Of a stretch of 32,804 nucleotides of DNA, positions 8,578 to 18,376 are shown in pieces. Every line of letters starts with the position of its first letter. Position 1 is the first letter of the stretch. Below the pieces are notes generated by a model. The model searched no databases. It was given only the letters and a program-made list of their open reading frames with translations, and was not told the DNA's origin. Source of the stretch: Sphingomicrobium sp. (GTDB taxonomy: Bacteria > Pseudomonadota > Alphaproteobacteria > Sphingomonadales > Sphingomonadaceae); the NCBI GenBank assembly GCA_045811225.1, contig JBJMUK010000010.1, positions 1-32,804 on the forward strand, written 5' to 3'. A program made the translations under genes and the position numbers.

Positions 8578-9771
8578 ATGGAACGAATTGCAGTCTTCAA
8601 CGCCGGATCATCCAGCATCAAATTCGCTATCTTCGACCAGGCTACGGAAGATGTTCTGTTCCGCGGTCAGGTGGAAAACATCGGCGTTGCGCCCAGGCTA
8701 GTGGTCGATGGGCCCGACGGGGAGCAGCTGCTGCAGCAGGAATGGCGCCCCTCCGAAATCGACCACAAATCCGCAACGGCGGTCATACTGAAAACATCGA
8801 TCGGGCTGCTTGGCGGAAAAACGATTCATGCGGTGGGTCACCGCGTCGTCCACGGCGGCAGCCAATATTCCGCGCCGGTTGCAGTCGACCAGGACGTCAT
8901 TGAATCGCTCGAGGAATTCGTGCCGCTGGCGCCACTGCATCAGCCGCACAACATCGCCCCGATCAGGGCGATCGCGGAAACTGCTCCTCATATTCAGCAG
9001 GTCGCGTGCTTCGACACCAGCTTCCACCAGGCACAGTCCAAGCTTTCATACATGTATGCAGTCCCGCGGGCTCTGACGGACTCAGGCGTTCGCCGGTACG
9101 GTTTTCATGGCCTGTCCTATGATTATGTAAGCGGGCGCCTGGCCGACGTTGCGCCAGAGCATTGCAATGGTCGCATCATCATCGCCCATCTCGGAAATGG
9201 GGCCAGCCTTTGCGCGATCCATAACCGACGCAGCGTTGCAACGACGATGGGCTTCACTGCGGTCGAAGGACTGATGATGGGCACCCGCTGCGGCGCCATC
9301 GATCCCGGCGTCATCCTTTATCTGTTGAACGACCGGCGAATGACCCCAAACGACATCGAAACACTTATATACAAGGAGTCCGGGCTGCTCGGCGTTTCCG
9401 GAATCACATCGGACATGCGCCTGCTACGGGCTTCTCGTGAGCCCGAAGCAGCCGAGGCCATTTCACTTTTCATTTATCGGATCGTGCGGGAGATTGGATC
9501 GCTGACAGCCGCCCTCGGCGGGCTTGATGGAATCGTCTTCACCGGCGGGATCGGTCAAAAAGATGCGAAGACCCGCCAGGAAGTCGCCGCCGGTTGCGCG
9601 TGGCTAGGCGCAGTTATCAACGACGAGGCGAATGCCGCTCATGCGAGCCGCATCGATGCGCGCTCCTCGAAGATCCCGATGTGGGTGGTTGCAACGGACG
9701 AGGAACGAGTGATCCTGCGCCAAACTGCGATGGTGGCGGGATGTCCCTCGCCGCTCCCGGCCGCGGCTTAG
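8578..9771 (+). CDS. ackA: Acetate/propionate kinase
   Basis: NAGSSSIKF, GHRVVHGG, APLHQP, FDTSFH, RRYGFHGLSY, HLGNGASLCA, FTGGIG and ATDEE motifs. Confidence 0.96.
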   Translation: MERIAVFNAGSSSIKFAIFDQATEDVLFRGQVENIGVAPRLVVDGPDGEQLLQQEWRPSEIDHKSATAVILKTSIGLLGGKTIHAVGHRVVHGGSQYSAPVAVDQDVIESLEEFVPLAPLHQPHNIAPIRAIAETAPHIQQVACFDTSFHQAQSKLSYMYAVPRALTDSGVRRYGFHGLSYDYVSGRLADVAPEHCNGRIIIAHLGNGASLCAIHNRRSVATTMGFTAVEGLMMGTRCGAIDPGVILYLLNDRRMTPNDIETLIYKESGLLGVSGITSDMRLLRASREPEAAEAISLFIYRIVREIGSLTAALGGLDGIVFTGGIGQKDAKTRQEVAAGCAWLGAVINDEANAAHASRIDARSSKIPMWVVATDEERVILRQTAMVAGCPSPLPAAA

Positions 9772-9780
9772 GCCTCGACC

Positions 9781-10041
9781 TTACTCAAGGCCCTCGGGTT
9801 GGCCCCGCCGACCCGCAAGCTGCCGGTTCACCATGTCCAGATAGGCGCGAAGCTCAGGAAGCTGCCTTCCGAATTCGGCACGCAGCCGCGGCGACAAGCG
9901 AGTGGACGAAAGCGCTTCGGAGGTGTCGGCGATGGCGACCATCAAACTGTCCCGATAGTCTGGAAGGTGGTTAGCCCAGAACATCCTCGCGTCACGTTCG
10001 GGGCCTCCCAAGATTCGGACGCCGTTTTCAAGGTCCGCCAT
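9781..10041 (-). CDS. Small hypothetical protein (~86 aa; start uncertain, ORF extends to 10128)
   Basis: ORF convergent with ackA; amphipathic helical-looking sequence; no family recognised. Confidence 0.45.
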   Translation of the reverse strand: MADLENGVRILGGPERDARMFWANHLPDYRDSLMVAIADTSEALSSTRLSPRLRAEFGRQLPELRAYLDMVNRQLAGRRGQPEGLE

Positions 10042-10245
10042 GCTCAGCGGCCTGGAAGGTCGGTCGGCACACGGCCCCCGGGAAGGCGGGGTGCGGGCGC
10101 CGCTCTGATCAAGAAGCTTATGCGGCATCGTAGCTGAAACTAACCTCCGTCGAACCCGCGGCCCATTCTGGATTTCCCGGATGCTTCATGCCGATGACCC
10201 CCGTTTTCCTGGCCAGTCAGGGAGACGCGTCGTAAAGCGCCGCTC

Positions 10246-11199
10246 ATGAGAATTGGCATTATCGGAGCTGGAGCCGTCGGTGGTTGGATCGGCGCTCGCC
10301 TCGCGCTTGCTGGGCACTCCGTCGGCATGATTGCCCGCGGCGCGACATTGAACGCGGTCCGCGATGACGGCCTGATCCTCACCGACTTGGGCGAGACTCT
10401 TGTCGCTCACCCGACGGCCACTTGTGAACCCCACGAGCTGGGACCGCAGGAACTGGTCATAGTTGCAGTGAAGGCGCCTGCGCTGTCCGCCGCTGTCGAA
10501 CTGGCGCGTCCGCTCATCACCGCGCACACGATCGTCGTTCCCATGCTGAATGGTGTCCCCTGGTGGTTCCTGCCGGGGGAGCGGATCACGTCCGTAGATC
10601 CGATCGGAAGCATCGAGGCGGCGCTTCCGTTTGAGCAATTGATCGGCTGCGTCGTGCACGCCGCCTGCACTCGCATCACACCGAACAATGTGTCGGTGAA
10701 CCACGGGCATCCGATGATCCTGGGAGAACCGGGCGGCGGTCTGTCCGAACGTGTTCGGACAATTGCCGATGTCTTGAGCGCGGCGTCCATTCCGCTCGAT
10801 GTCACAACCGATATCCGCAAGGCGATCTGGTACAAGCTATGGGGCAATGCCACGGTCAACCCGATCTCCGCGCTAACACGCGTGAGCGTGGACCGAATCC
10901 TTCAACAGCCAGGCACCCGTGCCTTGTTGAGCGATGGGATGTCTGAGCTCGCACGGCTCGGGGAAGTGATCGGTTGTTCCGTTGAGCAAACGGTTGAGGA
11001 CCGTATCAAGGTGTCCGAGCGCCTCGGCGTGTTCCGCACGTCGATGCACAACGACGTGGAGGCTGGACGTCCGATCGAGCTTGAAGCCCTGCTCGGGGCG
11101 CCGGTTGAAATTGCGCACCGGCACGGCGTTCCTGTGCCAACGTTGGAGCGGCTTTACGGCCTTACGCGGTTGATGGGGGAAAGCCTCGGGCTGCTTTAG
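10246..11199 (+). CDS. panE: 2-dehydropantoate 2-reductase (PanE/ApbA family)
   Basis: Rossmann GAGAVG, VAVKA, LNGVPWW, catalytic WYKLWGN and SMHNDVEAGRPIELE. Confidence 0.9.
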   Translation: MRIGIIGAGAVGGWIGARLALAGHSVGMIARGATLNAVRDDGLILTDLGETLVAHPTATCEPHELGPQELVIVAVKAPALSAAVELARPLITAHTIVVPMLNGVPWWFLPGERITSVDPIGSIEAALPFEQLIGCVVHAACTRITPNNVSVNHGHPMILGEPGGGLSERVRTIADVLSAASIPLDVTTDIRKAIWYKLWGNATVNPISALTRVSVDRILQQPGTRALLSDGMSELARLGEVIGCSVEQTVEDRIKVSERLGVFRTSMHNDVEAGRPIELEALLGAPVEIAHRHGVPVPTLERLYGLTRLMGESLGLL

Positions 11200-12494
11200 A
11201 CGGGCGGAGCGCCCGTTACCCGGCCGCTGCACTCCCCGAACCCGATCCTCACCGCGCCTACGGCTTCGCACCACGCGCGGAGCGTCAGCTCATCGCCGTC
11301 TTCGAGGAAGCTGCGCTTCTCACCATTGGGTAGACTCACCGGCTCCTTGCCGCCACGGCTGATCTCCAGCAGCGAGCCTAGCCCGTCGTCGTCCGGCATG
11401 GACAAGGTTCCCGTGCCGATCAGGTCCCCCGGCTGAAGATTGCAGCCGTTAGACGTGTGGTGGGTAATGATCTGCGCCACGCTCCAATACATGGCTGCCT
11501 CCGCACTACCGCGGGACAGGACGTGGGCCGGATCCCCTTGCTGCCGCATCGTCTCGGTCGAGATGCTCACTTCGAGCTGGATGCCGAGCCCACCGTGCAA
11601 ACGGTCGGCCTCATCGTCGAGATAGGACAACGGCTGCGGATCCCCATCCGGCCGTAACGGCAGCGGTTTGCGGAAGGGGGCGAGCGCTTCCGCCGTCACC
11701 ACCCAAGGCGACACGCTGGTCAGGAAGTTCTTCGCCAGGAACGGCCCAAGCGGCTGATACTCCCACGCCTGAAGGTCACGCGCCGACCAGTCGTTGAGCA
11801 GGCAGTAACCGCCGATATGCTCCGGCGCCTCGTCGATCGGCACCGGCTCGCCCAGGGCGCTGCCGCGGCCGATCCAAAGGCCAAGTTCCAGCTCGTAGTC
11901 CAGCCGCCGGCTCGGGCCATATTCCGGATACTCCGCATCCGGCGCCTTGCGCTGGCCGTTGGGGCGGACGACACATTCACCCGATGCCCGTACGGAGCTT
12001 GCCCGGCCGTGATACCCGATCGGCACATATTTGTAGTTCGGCAGGAGCGGATTGTCTGGACGAAACTGCTTCCCGACATTGGTCGCGTGGTGGATACCGA
12101 CATAGAAGTCGGTGTAGTCGCCAACCAGGCACGGCAGGTACATGACGGCTTCCGACTGGCCCACGAGATGCTGCTCCACGGCGTCCCGAAACCGTTCTTC
12201 CGAAAGCATGTCCGAGAGGCGCCTGCGCAGCTCGGAATGCGCTTCCGGCCCCCGTGCAAGCCAGGCATTCAGGACCGGCTGTTCGAAATATTGCCGCCAG
12301 TCCTCGTCGAGGAGATCAGCGATGCCGGCAAGGTCCAGGATATAATCGCCGATCCCGACGCCGACCCGGCGCTGCTCACCGGCCGTCGAGAAGATACCGA
12401 GCGGGAGGTTCTGAACCGGGAAGTCCGATCTCGCTTCCGATCCACCAACCCAACTCTTGCGTGCCGGGTCATGCGTTTCATTGAGAATATTCAT
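11196..12494 (-). CDS. fahA: Fumarylacetoacetase
   Basis: [57 protein letters not shown] and GDLIGTGT motifs. Confidence 0.97.
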   Translation of the reverse strand: MNILNETHDPARKSWVGGSEARSDFPVQNLPLGIFSTAGEQRRVGVGIGDYILDLAGIADLLDEDWRQYFEQPVLNAWLARGPEAHSELRRRLSDMLSEERFRDAVEQHLVGQSEAVMYLPCLVGDYTDFYVGIHHATNVGKQFRPDNPLLPNYKYVPIGYHGRASSVRASGECVVRPNGQRKAPDAEYPEYGPSRRLDYELELGLWIGRGSALGEPVPIDEAPEHIGGYCLLNDWSARDLQAWEYQPLGPFLAKNFLTSVSPWVVTAEALAPFRKPLPLRPDGDPQPLSYLDDEADRLHGGLGIQLEVSISTETMRQQGDPAHVLSRGSAEAAMYWSVAQIITHHTSNGCNLQPGDLIGTGTLSMPDDDGLGSLLEISRGGKEPVSLPNGEKRSFLEDGDELTLRAWCEAVGAVRIGFGECSGRVTGAPPV

Positions 12495-13774
12495 GGCAGC
12501 TTCGCCTTCGGAAAGCCGACCCAGGCGGCGTCATAGTCCGGCTGCGCGCGTTCCTGCGCGAAATGCGTTGGAGTGTAAGGCCAGCAGGTCTCCAGCATGA
12601 AGGCCATCGTGCCCTCGATCTTGGTCGGTTTAAGCTCTGCTTCGCTCGCCTTTTTCCAGCTGTCCATGTCGGGCCCGTGACCGCTCATCAGATTGTGCAG
12701 CGACAGACCGCCCGGCGAGAAGCCATCGGCCTTGGCGTCATACTCGCCGTGGATCAGCCCCATCGCCTCGCTCATGATGTTGCGGTGGAACCACGGGGGT
12801 CGGAATGTGTCTTCCGCGACCATCCAGCGTGGCGGGAAAATGACGAAATCTGCGTTGGCGCGCCCATGCACGTTGCTTGGGCTGGTCAGCACCGTGAAGA
12901 TAGACGGGTCGGGATGGTCGAAGCTGATGCTGCCGATCGTGTTGAACCGTGCCAGTTCGTAGCGACACGGCGCATGATTGCCATGCCACGCGACGACGTC
13001 CAGCGGGGAGTGTGAGAGTTGGGTCGACCAGAGGTGGCCGAGGAATTTCTGAACCACCTCGACCGGCTCCTCCCGATCCTCGAACCATGCAGTCGGCGCT
13101 TCGAAATCGCGCGCATTCGCAAGCCCGTTCGACCCTATCGGGCCGAGATCGGGCAGTCGGAACGGCAGTCCGTAATTCTCGGCGACGTAGCCGCGGGCTT
13201 CTCCGCCCTTTAGCTGCACCCGAAACTTCAGTCCGCGAGGGATAAGGGCAATCCAGCCCGGTGCGACTTCGAGCCGGCCGAGTTCCGTCTGGATGTCCAG
13301 GGTGCCCTGCTGCGGAACGATCAGCAGCTCGCCGTCGGCATTTACGAAGAACCGGTCATCCATGCTCCTGGTGGCGCGGTAGACGTGCAGTGCGCACCCT
13401 TCGAGATCCTGCGGCAGGCGCGCATGGAGCATGGTTGCCATGCCCTCAAGGAAATCGGTGTCGTCCGGCAGGTCGGCGACCGGGTCCCAACGCAGACGAT
13501 TTGGCGCTAGCGGCCCGCTGAGTGGCGGAGCGCCGAATAGTCGTCCGCCCTGCCACTGCTGGAATGGCGGATGCTCCGCTGTCGGATGCAGCCGGTAGAG
13601 CCAGCTGCGGCGGTTTTCATGTCTAGGAGCGGTGAAGGCGGTGCCGGACACTTGTTCGGCATAAAGACCGAAAGCGGGCCGTTGCGGGCTGTTGCGGCCC
13701 GCCGGCAATGCGCCCTGAACCGCTTCCGTTTCGAAATGACCGCCGAAGCCGGTCAGATATTGGATGGGTTGCAT
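12491..13774 (-). CDS. hmgA: Homogentisate 1,2-dioxygenase
   Basis: [51 protein letters not shown] and HGPD motifs; 4-nt overlap with fahA. Confidence 0.97.
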   Translation of the reverse strand: MQPIQYLTGFGGHFETEAVQGALPAGRNSPQRPAFGLYAEQVSGTAFTAPRHENRRSWLYRLHPTAEHPPFQQWQGGRLFGAPPLSGPLAPNRLRWDPVADLPDDTDFLEGMATMLHARLPQDLEGCALHVYRATRSMDDRFFVNADGELLIVPQQGTLDIQTELGRLEVAPGWIALIPRGLKFRVQLKGGEARGYVAENYGLPFRLPDLGPIGSNGLANARDFEAPTAWFEDREEPVEVVQKFLGHLWSTQLSHSPLDVVAWHGNHAPCRYELARFNTIGSISFDHPDPSIFTVLTSPSNVHGRANADFVIFPPRWMVAEDTFRPPWFHRNIMSEAMGLIHGEYDAKADGFSPGGLSLHNLMSGHGPDMDSWKKASEAELKPTKIEGTMAFMLETCWPYTPTHFAQERAQPDYDAAWVGFPKAKLP

Positions 13775-13807
13775 GCCCAAGCGTTAGAACTTGGACGCCG
13801 CAAGTTC

Positions 13808-13839
13808 AAACGGGCGCGGCTCCGTTAGAACCGCGCCCG
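13808..13839 (-). terminator. Probable intrinsic terminator of the small membrane protein gene
   Basis: Minus strand reads CGGGCGCGGTTC-taacg-GAGCCGCGCCCG followed by TTT; the U tract is short. Confidence 0.55.
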
Positions 13840-13871
13840 CGATTGCACGGGGACTCGCCTCCCGCGCGCAT

Positions 13872-14081
13872 TCAGGTGACGTTGACGTCGATCTTGTCGG
13901 GAACATTGACGTTGGTGGTCCGCGATCCAAACCCGAGTTGGTCCCGGAAGAGGAACAGCAATACGAGCACGGCGATGATCAGCAGCACAACGGCAAGTAC
14001 GCCGCCGCCGCCACGATCTCCGCCCGTTTCCACGATGGTCGTGTGTTCGCGCTCAACCGTGTCGCGATCATTGTCAGCCAT
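13872..14081 (-). CDS. Small single-pass membrane protein (69 aa)
   Basis: MADNDRDTVEREHTTIVETGG..., one TM helix (VLAVVLLIIAVLVLLFLF) and tail TTNVNVPDKIDVNVT. SD GGAG, with its own promoter and terminator. Confidence 0.8.
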   Translation of the reverse strand: MADNDRDTVEREHTTIVETGGDRGGGGVLAVVLLIIAVLVLLFLFRDQLGFGSRTTNVNVPDKIDVNVT

Positions 14082-14121
14082 GAATTGTCTCCCTGCGGCA
14101 GCCTGTTGTGATTGCGAAACG

Positions 14122-14146
14122 AACGAACCGAGATTGATGCGGTTCC
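14122..14146 (-). promoter_or_regulatory. EcfG (sigmaT) general stress response promoter
   Basis: Minus strand GGAAC-cgcatcaatctcggtt(16)-CGTT is an exact match to the alphaproteobacterial EcfG consensus, 40 nt upstream of the 14081 start. Confidence 0.75.
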
Positions 14147-14178
14147 GAAAGGGCGATGGGCGGCCTATGGACTGTCTC

Positions 14179-14745
14179 ATGTTTCGCACCCTGCTTCTGA
14201 TGGCCCTTCTGCTCGCGGGCTGCGAGAGCCCTCCCACCGACGACCGGCAGGAGAATGCAACAGTCGAAGTTGAAGCCGATCGCGCGCCTCCGCCGTTGCA
14301 AGCTCAACCGTCCACGCCGCCGGCGCCCGGCACGGGCGGCGGTTTGCCCGACGATCGAACGCCGCTGGCAGAGGGGACGCTCGACCTGAAGGGACCGGAA
14401 GGCGCCGGACAGGTGGTCCAGCAATTCGCCGCCTTGATGGAGCAACGTCGCTTCGGCGAGGCGCGCAAGCTATGGGGCAGCGGCGGCGTCACGGCTGACT
14501 CGCAGCAGTTGCTGAAATTGCTGGAAGGCTATCGCGAATTGCATGCCCAAGTCGGCAAGCCCTCGGACATGGAAGGTGCCGCAGGGTCCCTCTACGTCAC
14601 CGTTCCGATGGTGCTCTATGGCCGAGATTCGGAAGGCGGGGATTTCGACATGAAAGCCAGTGCTACCCTGCGCCGGGTCAACGACGTGCCTGGATCGACC
14701 CCGGAGCAGAGGATCTGGCACCTAACCAACATCGCCAGGGCGTGA
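14179..14745 (+). CDS. Hypothetical lipoprotein (188 aa)
   Basis: Signal MFRTLLLMALLLAGC with LAGC lipobox, Pro-rich linker, and C-terminal EGAAGSLYVTVP...LRRVNDVPGST...WH domain. Confidence 0.8.
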   Translation: MFRTLLLMALLLAGCESPPTDDRQENATVEVEADRAPPPLQAQPSTPPAPGTGGGLPDDRTPLAEGTLDLKGPEGAGQVVQQFAALMEQRRFGEARKLWGSGGVTADSQQLLKLLEGYRELHAQVGKPSDMEGAAGSLYVTVPMVLYGRDSEGGDFDMKASATLRRVNDVPGSTPEQRIWHLTNIARA

Positions 14746-14940
14746 TCAGAGGTCGTTGATCATCTGTCCGATCTGCGCGGCGTCCTTTTCGCTGATCGGA
14801 TCGCCCGTCACATCAGTGGAATGGGCGGTTTCATTGCTCTCCGGAATATCCGGTGCGGCCACGTCATAGGCAATCCAAAGAATGCCGGCCGACCAAAGCA
14901 GGGCGAACCACCGGCTGCGGAAGATCGTGCTGTTGCGCAT
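14746..14940 (-). CDS. Small membrane-anchored hypothetical protein (64 aa)
   Basis: MRNSTIFRSRWFALLWSAGILWIAYDVA, then an acidic tail; fits exactly between its neighbours. Confidence 0.65.
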   Translation of the reverse strand: MRNSTIFRSRWFALLWSAGILWIAYDVAAPDIPESNETAHSTDVTGDPISEKDAAQIGQMINDL

Positions 14941-14972
14941 CGGGATCATGCGCGAAAGGTAGTCGATTCGAC

Positions 14973-15176
14973 TTAAGAGGGTGTTAGCTCCCGGAAGCAG
15001 TAGCAATCGCGCACATGGGCGTTGAAGTAACGTCCCTTGGAGAAGGCCGCCCGCATCGCATCGACCGCCTCAGCGGGCACGTCGAGATAGACGTACCGGC
15101 GGCCGGTCACGAAGTGGATGATGAGCTCGCGCGTTCCGGGCCGGTAGTCATAGTCGCGGATTACGGTCGAAGGCAT
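14973..15176 (-). CDS. KTSC domain-containing protein
   Basis: MPSTVIR..Y...L.I.F.TGRRYVYLDVP.......AFSKGRYFNAHVRD matches the KTSC pattern. Confidence 0.88.
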   Translation of the reverse strand: MPSTVIRDYDYRPGTRELIIHFVTGRRYVYLDVPAEAVDAMRAAFSKGRYFNAHVRDCYCFRELTPS

Positions 15177-15184
15177 GCCACATC

Positions 15185-15209
15185 AACGTAATAGCCCCGG
15201 TTTCGGTCC
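15185..15209 (-). promoter_or_regulatory. Possible EcfG-type promoter for the KTSC gene (likely leaderless)
   Basis: GGACC-N16-CGTT (one mismatch to GGAAC), with CGTT 8 nt before the ATG. Confidence 0.4.
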
Positions 15210-15217
15210 GGCCGGCT

Positions 15218-16153
15218 TCACCCCGCATCCGGGGCGGGCAGCTTCGTCCGGCTCCCGCCGCTGCTGAGTGCGCCGATCATTCCACCAAGAGCAAGCAGTA
15301 CGCCGGTGATCGTCAGCGTCGTCCAGCGGTAGTCCTCCAGCCAGGTCGAGAAGCTCATGGCGATCAAAGGAACCATCACGCTCGAATAAGCGGCTTTTGC
15401 AGGGCCGATCCTTCGCACCACCGGGAAGTAGAGGCTGAACGCGAGCGCCGATGCAGCAAGGGCCAGATAGAGCAGGCCGAGCACGTAACCGATCCGCTGT
15501 TCGAAGACGGGTGGACCTGCGACGACGAAGGCGATGATCGCATCGAAAATGGCCCCGAACGCCATTGACCAGGCAAGCAGCGCAAAGAGGTTGTGTTTCC
15601 GCACCCACTCGCGTGCCTGGAACACGTTGGCGAAGGACGCGCCCATGATACCAATGAAGGTGAAGCCGATCCCCGCCCCAATGGCACCAAGGTCCGAAGG
15701 ATGCTCCTGCAATTCGTGAACGAAGAGAAGCAGCACGCCGGCGATCGAGGGGATGGACCATAGGAGGAAGCGGGTGTTCGGCCGGTGCCCCAGCATTGCC
15801 CAGGCAAGCAGCGTATTCGGGATCAGCAGAAGCGCAAAAACGGTGGCGACCAACCCTGAGGGAATGAACCGCTCGGCCATGTAGACGCCGTTAAAGTTGA
15901 CGACGAACTGACTGATTCCGATCCCTAGCGCGGCCGTCAGCCCGCCCGGCGCGAGCGCCAGCCGCTCCCCCCGCAATACCGTCAGCAACGCCATTGCGAC
16001 TGCCGCGATCGCGAACCGATAAGTTACCGACCATTGTGCGGGGACCACCGCAAGCTGGTCGCGAATGACGATCCAGGTCGACCCCCAAATCCCCGTGAAC
16101 ACGAAGAAGGGGATGATGACGGTGAAAAGGTTGGAGCGCGGATGCCCCGTCAC
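15218..16153 (-). CDS. EamA/DMT family transporter
   Basis: IWGSTW, YRF..A, two EamA repeats, IGPAKAAY; about 10 TM segments; GTGA overlap with the upstream gene. Confidence 0.9.
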   Translation of the reverse strand: MTGHPRSNLFTVIIPFFVFTGIWGSTWIVIRDQLAVVPAQWSVTYRFAIAAVAMALLTVLRGERLALAPGGLTAALGIGISQFVVNFNGVYMAERFIPSGLVATVFALLLIPNTLLAWAMLGHRPNTRFLLWSIPSIAGVLLLFVHELQEHPSDLGAIGAGIGFTFIGIMGASFANVFQAREWVRKHNLFALLAWSMAFGAIFDAIIAFVVAGPPVFEQRIGYVLGLLYLALAASALAFSLYFPVVRRIGPAKAAYSSVMVPLIAMSFSTWLEDYRWTTLTITGVLLALGGMIGALSSGGSRTKLPAPDAG

Positions 16154-17151
16154 AGCGCTGCGATTGCTGCGGCGAGTTTCGCGACCGCACTCTCATCCTG
16201 GTCCCAGCTCGTGACCAGCCGAATCTCGCCGGGGGCCCAGTCATAGAAGTCGAAACCCTGCGCTCGAAGGCTCGCCGCCTCGTCCGGCGTCATGCGCAGA
16301 AAGATCTCGTTGGCTTCGACCGGGTAGACCAGGCGCTGTGGCGCGGCCGTCGCCAGCCTTTGCGCGGCAGCATTGGCCGACCGACCATTTTCCAGCCACA
16401 GGCCCTGATGGAGCATCGCCAGGAGCTGCGCGGCGAGGAAGCGGCCTTTGGAAAGCAGATGACCCGCGCGCTTACGGCGAACCAGCGCTTCATCGGCAAG
16501 TCCGGGAACGAAAAAGACCAGCGCCTCAGCGCTGAGCCCGCCATTCTTTACGAAGCCGAAGCTTAACGCGTCGGCCCCTGCGCGCCACGTCAGGTCCGCA
16601 GGCGACTCACCCGTGGACGCCACGGCGTTGGCGAAGCGCGCGCCGTCCACGTGGAAGCCGAGGCCCAGCCGTTTCGCACTCTCACCCAAGGCGGCAACTT
16701 CGCTGGAGCTGTAAGCGAGCCCGTACTCCGTGGCGTTGGTGATGGAGAGCGCCCGGGGCTGCGCCTGGTGCACATCCTTGCGGATGCGCGCGTGCGCAGC
16801 TTCCACCGTCGCTGGGTCCACTTTGGCCCCCCTTCCCTCCAACAGCATGAGCTTCGCGCCGTGGGTGAAGAAGCCCGGCGCACCCGCCTCGTCGTTTTCG
16901 ATATGGGCGTCGCGATGGCACAGGATAGCGCCGTGGCCGGGACAAAGAGTCGCGAGCGCGAGGCAGTTGGCAGCAGTGCCGGTCGTGACCCACAAGGCAC
17001 GGACCTGTGTCTCGAACAGGTCCGAGAAAGCAGCATCCAGCTTCTGGCTCCAGGCGTCACCGTCATAGGCCGTATCAACACGGTTCGCGGCCGCGACCGC
17101 GTCGATCACCGCAGGGTGCGCCGTCGCGGCATTGTCAGAGAAGAAGCGCAT
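16150..17151 (-). CDS. Low-specificity L-threonine aldolase (PLP, beta-eliminating lyase family)
   Basis: MRFFSDN, YDGD, TGTAAN, HIENDEAGAP, HVDGARFANA and PLP lysine in SFGFVKNG. Confidence 0.92.
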   Translation of the reverse strand: MRFFSDNAATAHPAVIDAVAAANRVDTAYDGDAWSQKLDAAFSDLFETQVRALWVTTGTAANCLALATLCPGHGAILCHRDAHIENDEAGAPGFFTHGAKLMLLEGRGAKVDPATVEAAHARIRKDVHQAQPRALSITNATEYGLAYSSSEVAALGESAKRLGLGFHVDGARFANAVASTGESPADLTWRAGADALSFGFVKNGGLSAEALVFFVPGLADEALVRRKRAGHLLSKGRFLAAQLLAMLHQGLWLENGRSANAAAQRLATAAPQRLVYPVEANEIFLRMTPDEAASLRAQGFDFYDWAPGEIRLVTSWDQDESAVAKLAAAIAAL

Positions 17152-17221
17152 TTCACGCCTTCCCAAGCTGATCGGCGGTGCCAAGGCAAGCCAAAGATCG
17201 TTAAGGGCAACGAGCAAGCTA

Positions 17222-18064
17222 ATGGAGTCGGGCGTGGATCCAGCGACTGGTCATTCATTCGACACTGCCGCCATCATGGGTGGTCTCTACGGCGACGGCA
17301 TCATCGGACTGAAGGGGGCCTTTGCCCCCGAATGGGCCGATCAGGTCCGCGAGGACATCCTGGCCTTGTTCGAGGAAGCCAAGGCCGTCGAAGGCGGCGC
17401 GCTGCCCCGCGGACCCGAGCGCTGGTATGTCGAAGTCCAGCCGGAGCGGATTCGCGGCTTCGTCGACATCGCAACCCACCCGTGGTTCGTGGCGGTGTGT
17501 GAAGCAGTGCTCGGGCCCGACTACAAGATCGTGGAGATCGGCTTTGACATTCCGTTCCCGGGCGCGGCCGATCAGCCTTGGCATCGCGACTTCCCGGCGC
17601 CCGAGGCCACGCTGAAGGGCCGGCGGCTGAATTCCTTGGCCTTCAACCTCACCACCGTGGACACGCGGCAGGAGCATGGGCCGTTCGAAGTCGCGCCTGG
17701 GACCCAATGGGACGACATTGCTCCTTGCAAGGCCGACATGTTTCCCCCTCGTGAGTCATGGGGTCGCTACATCGCGCGTGCGGTGCAGAAGCTGCCCCAG
17801 CGCGGCGACATTTCCGCCCGCTCGGCACTGACTATCCATCGCGGGACTGCCAACCTGTCGAACGAGGCGCGGCCGGTCCTGGTCGTTGGTGTCGACGCGC
17901 CGGACGCCACGAACGCGAACCATCACGACTTGCAAGTGACACGTGCCTACATCGACAGCGTCCCGACGCGAGTCCGCGACCATCTGACCTATCGGGTGGC
18001 CGACGAGTTGCAGCCCGTGCTCCAGCACCATGTAATCGAGGGATTGCTCCAACCCGATTACTGA
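17222..18064 (+). CDS. Phytanoyl-CoA dioxygenase (PhyH) family 2OG-Fe(II) oxygenase; start uncertain (ATG 17222 or GTG 17234)
   Basis: QPWHRDF (HxD), GPFEVAPGT and distal IHRGTAN...RP. Confidence 0.85.
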   Translation: MESGVDPATGHSFDTAAIMGGLYGDGIIGLKGAFAPEWADQVREDILALFEEAKAVEGGALPRGPERWYVEVQPERIRGFVDIATHPWFVAVCEAVLGPDYKIVEIGFDIPFPGAADQPWHRDFPAPEATLKGRRLNSLAFNLTTVDTRQEHGPFEVAPGTQWDDIAPCKADMFPPRESWGRYIARAVQKLPQRGDISARSALTIHRGTANLSNEARPVLVVGVDAPDATNANHHDLQVTRAYIDSVPTRVRDHLTYRVADELQPVLQHHVIEGLLQPDY

Positions 18065-18080
18065 GGGTTCGGATCGACGA

Positions 18081-18155
<75 letters not shown>

Positions 18156-18244
18156 ACTGTCGAGGAAGTGGCGCGCCTATGACGGGGCGGGCGTCCTCAT
18201 GTCAACCCGCTTGCCGAGGGAGCAGCGCATGCGCAAGATAGGCC

Positions 18245-18376
18245 ATGGCGGAAAAACAGGACAAAGCCGCGCGCCTCGCCGCTGCGCTGCGAGAAAATCT
18301 GAAGCGCCGGAAGGCCCAGGCGCGGGCAACGCCGGACAATGGAACGCCTGCCCCGCAGTCCCGCAATGACAACTGA
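18245..18376 (+). CDS. Small basic protein (43 aa), not in the ORF track
   Basis: Translated by hand: MAEKQDKAARLAAALRENLKRRKAQARATPDNGTPAPQSRNDN*. The RLAAALRENLKRRKAQAR motif is recalled as typical of a conserved small alphaproteobacterial protein next to tRNA-Thr. Confidence 0.75.
   Translation: MAEKQDKAARLAAALRENLKRRKAQARATPDNGTPAPQSRNDN

Noticed and set aside
13708-14178. N-terminal half of the 345-aa ORF 13708..14745
   Set aside because: It overlaps the hmgA start and the small membrane gene; the lipoprotein signal begins at 14179.
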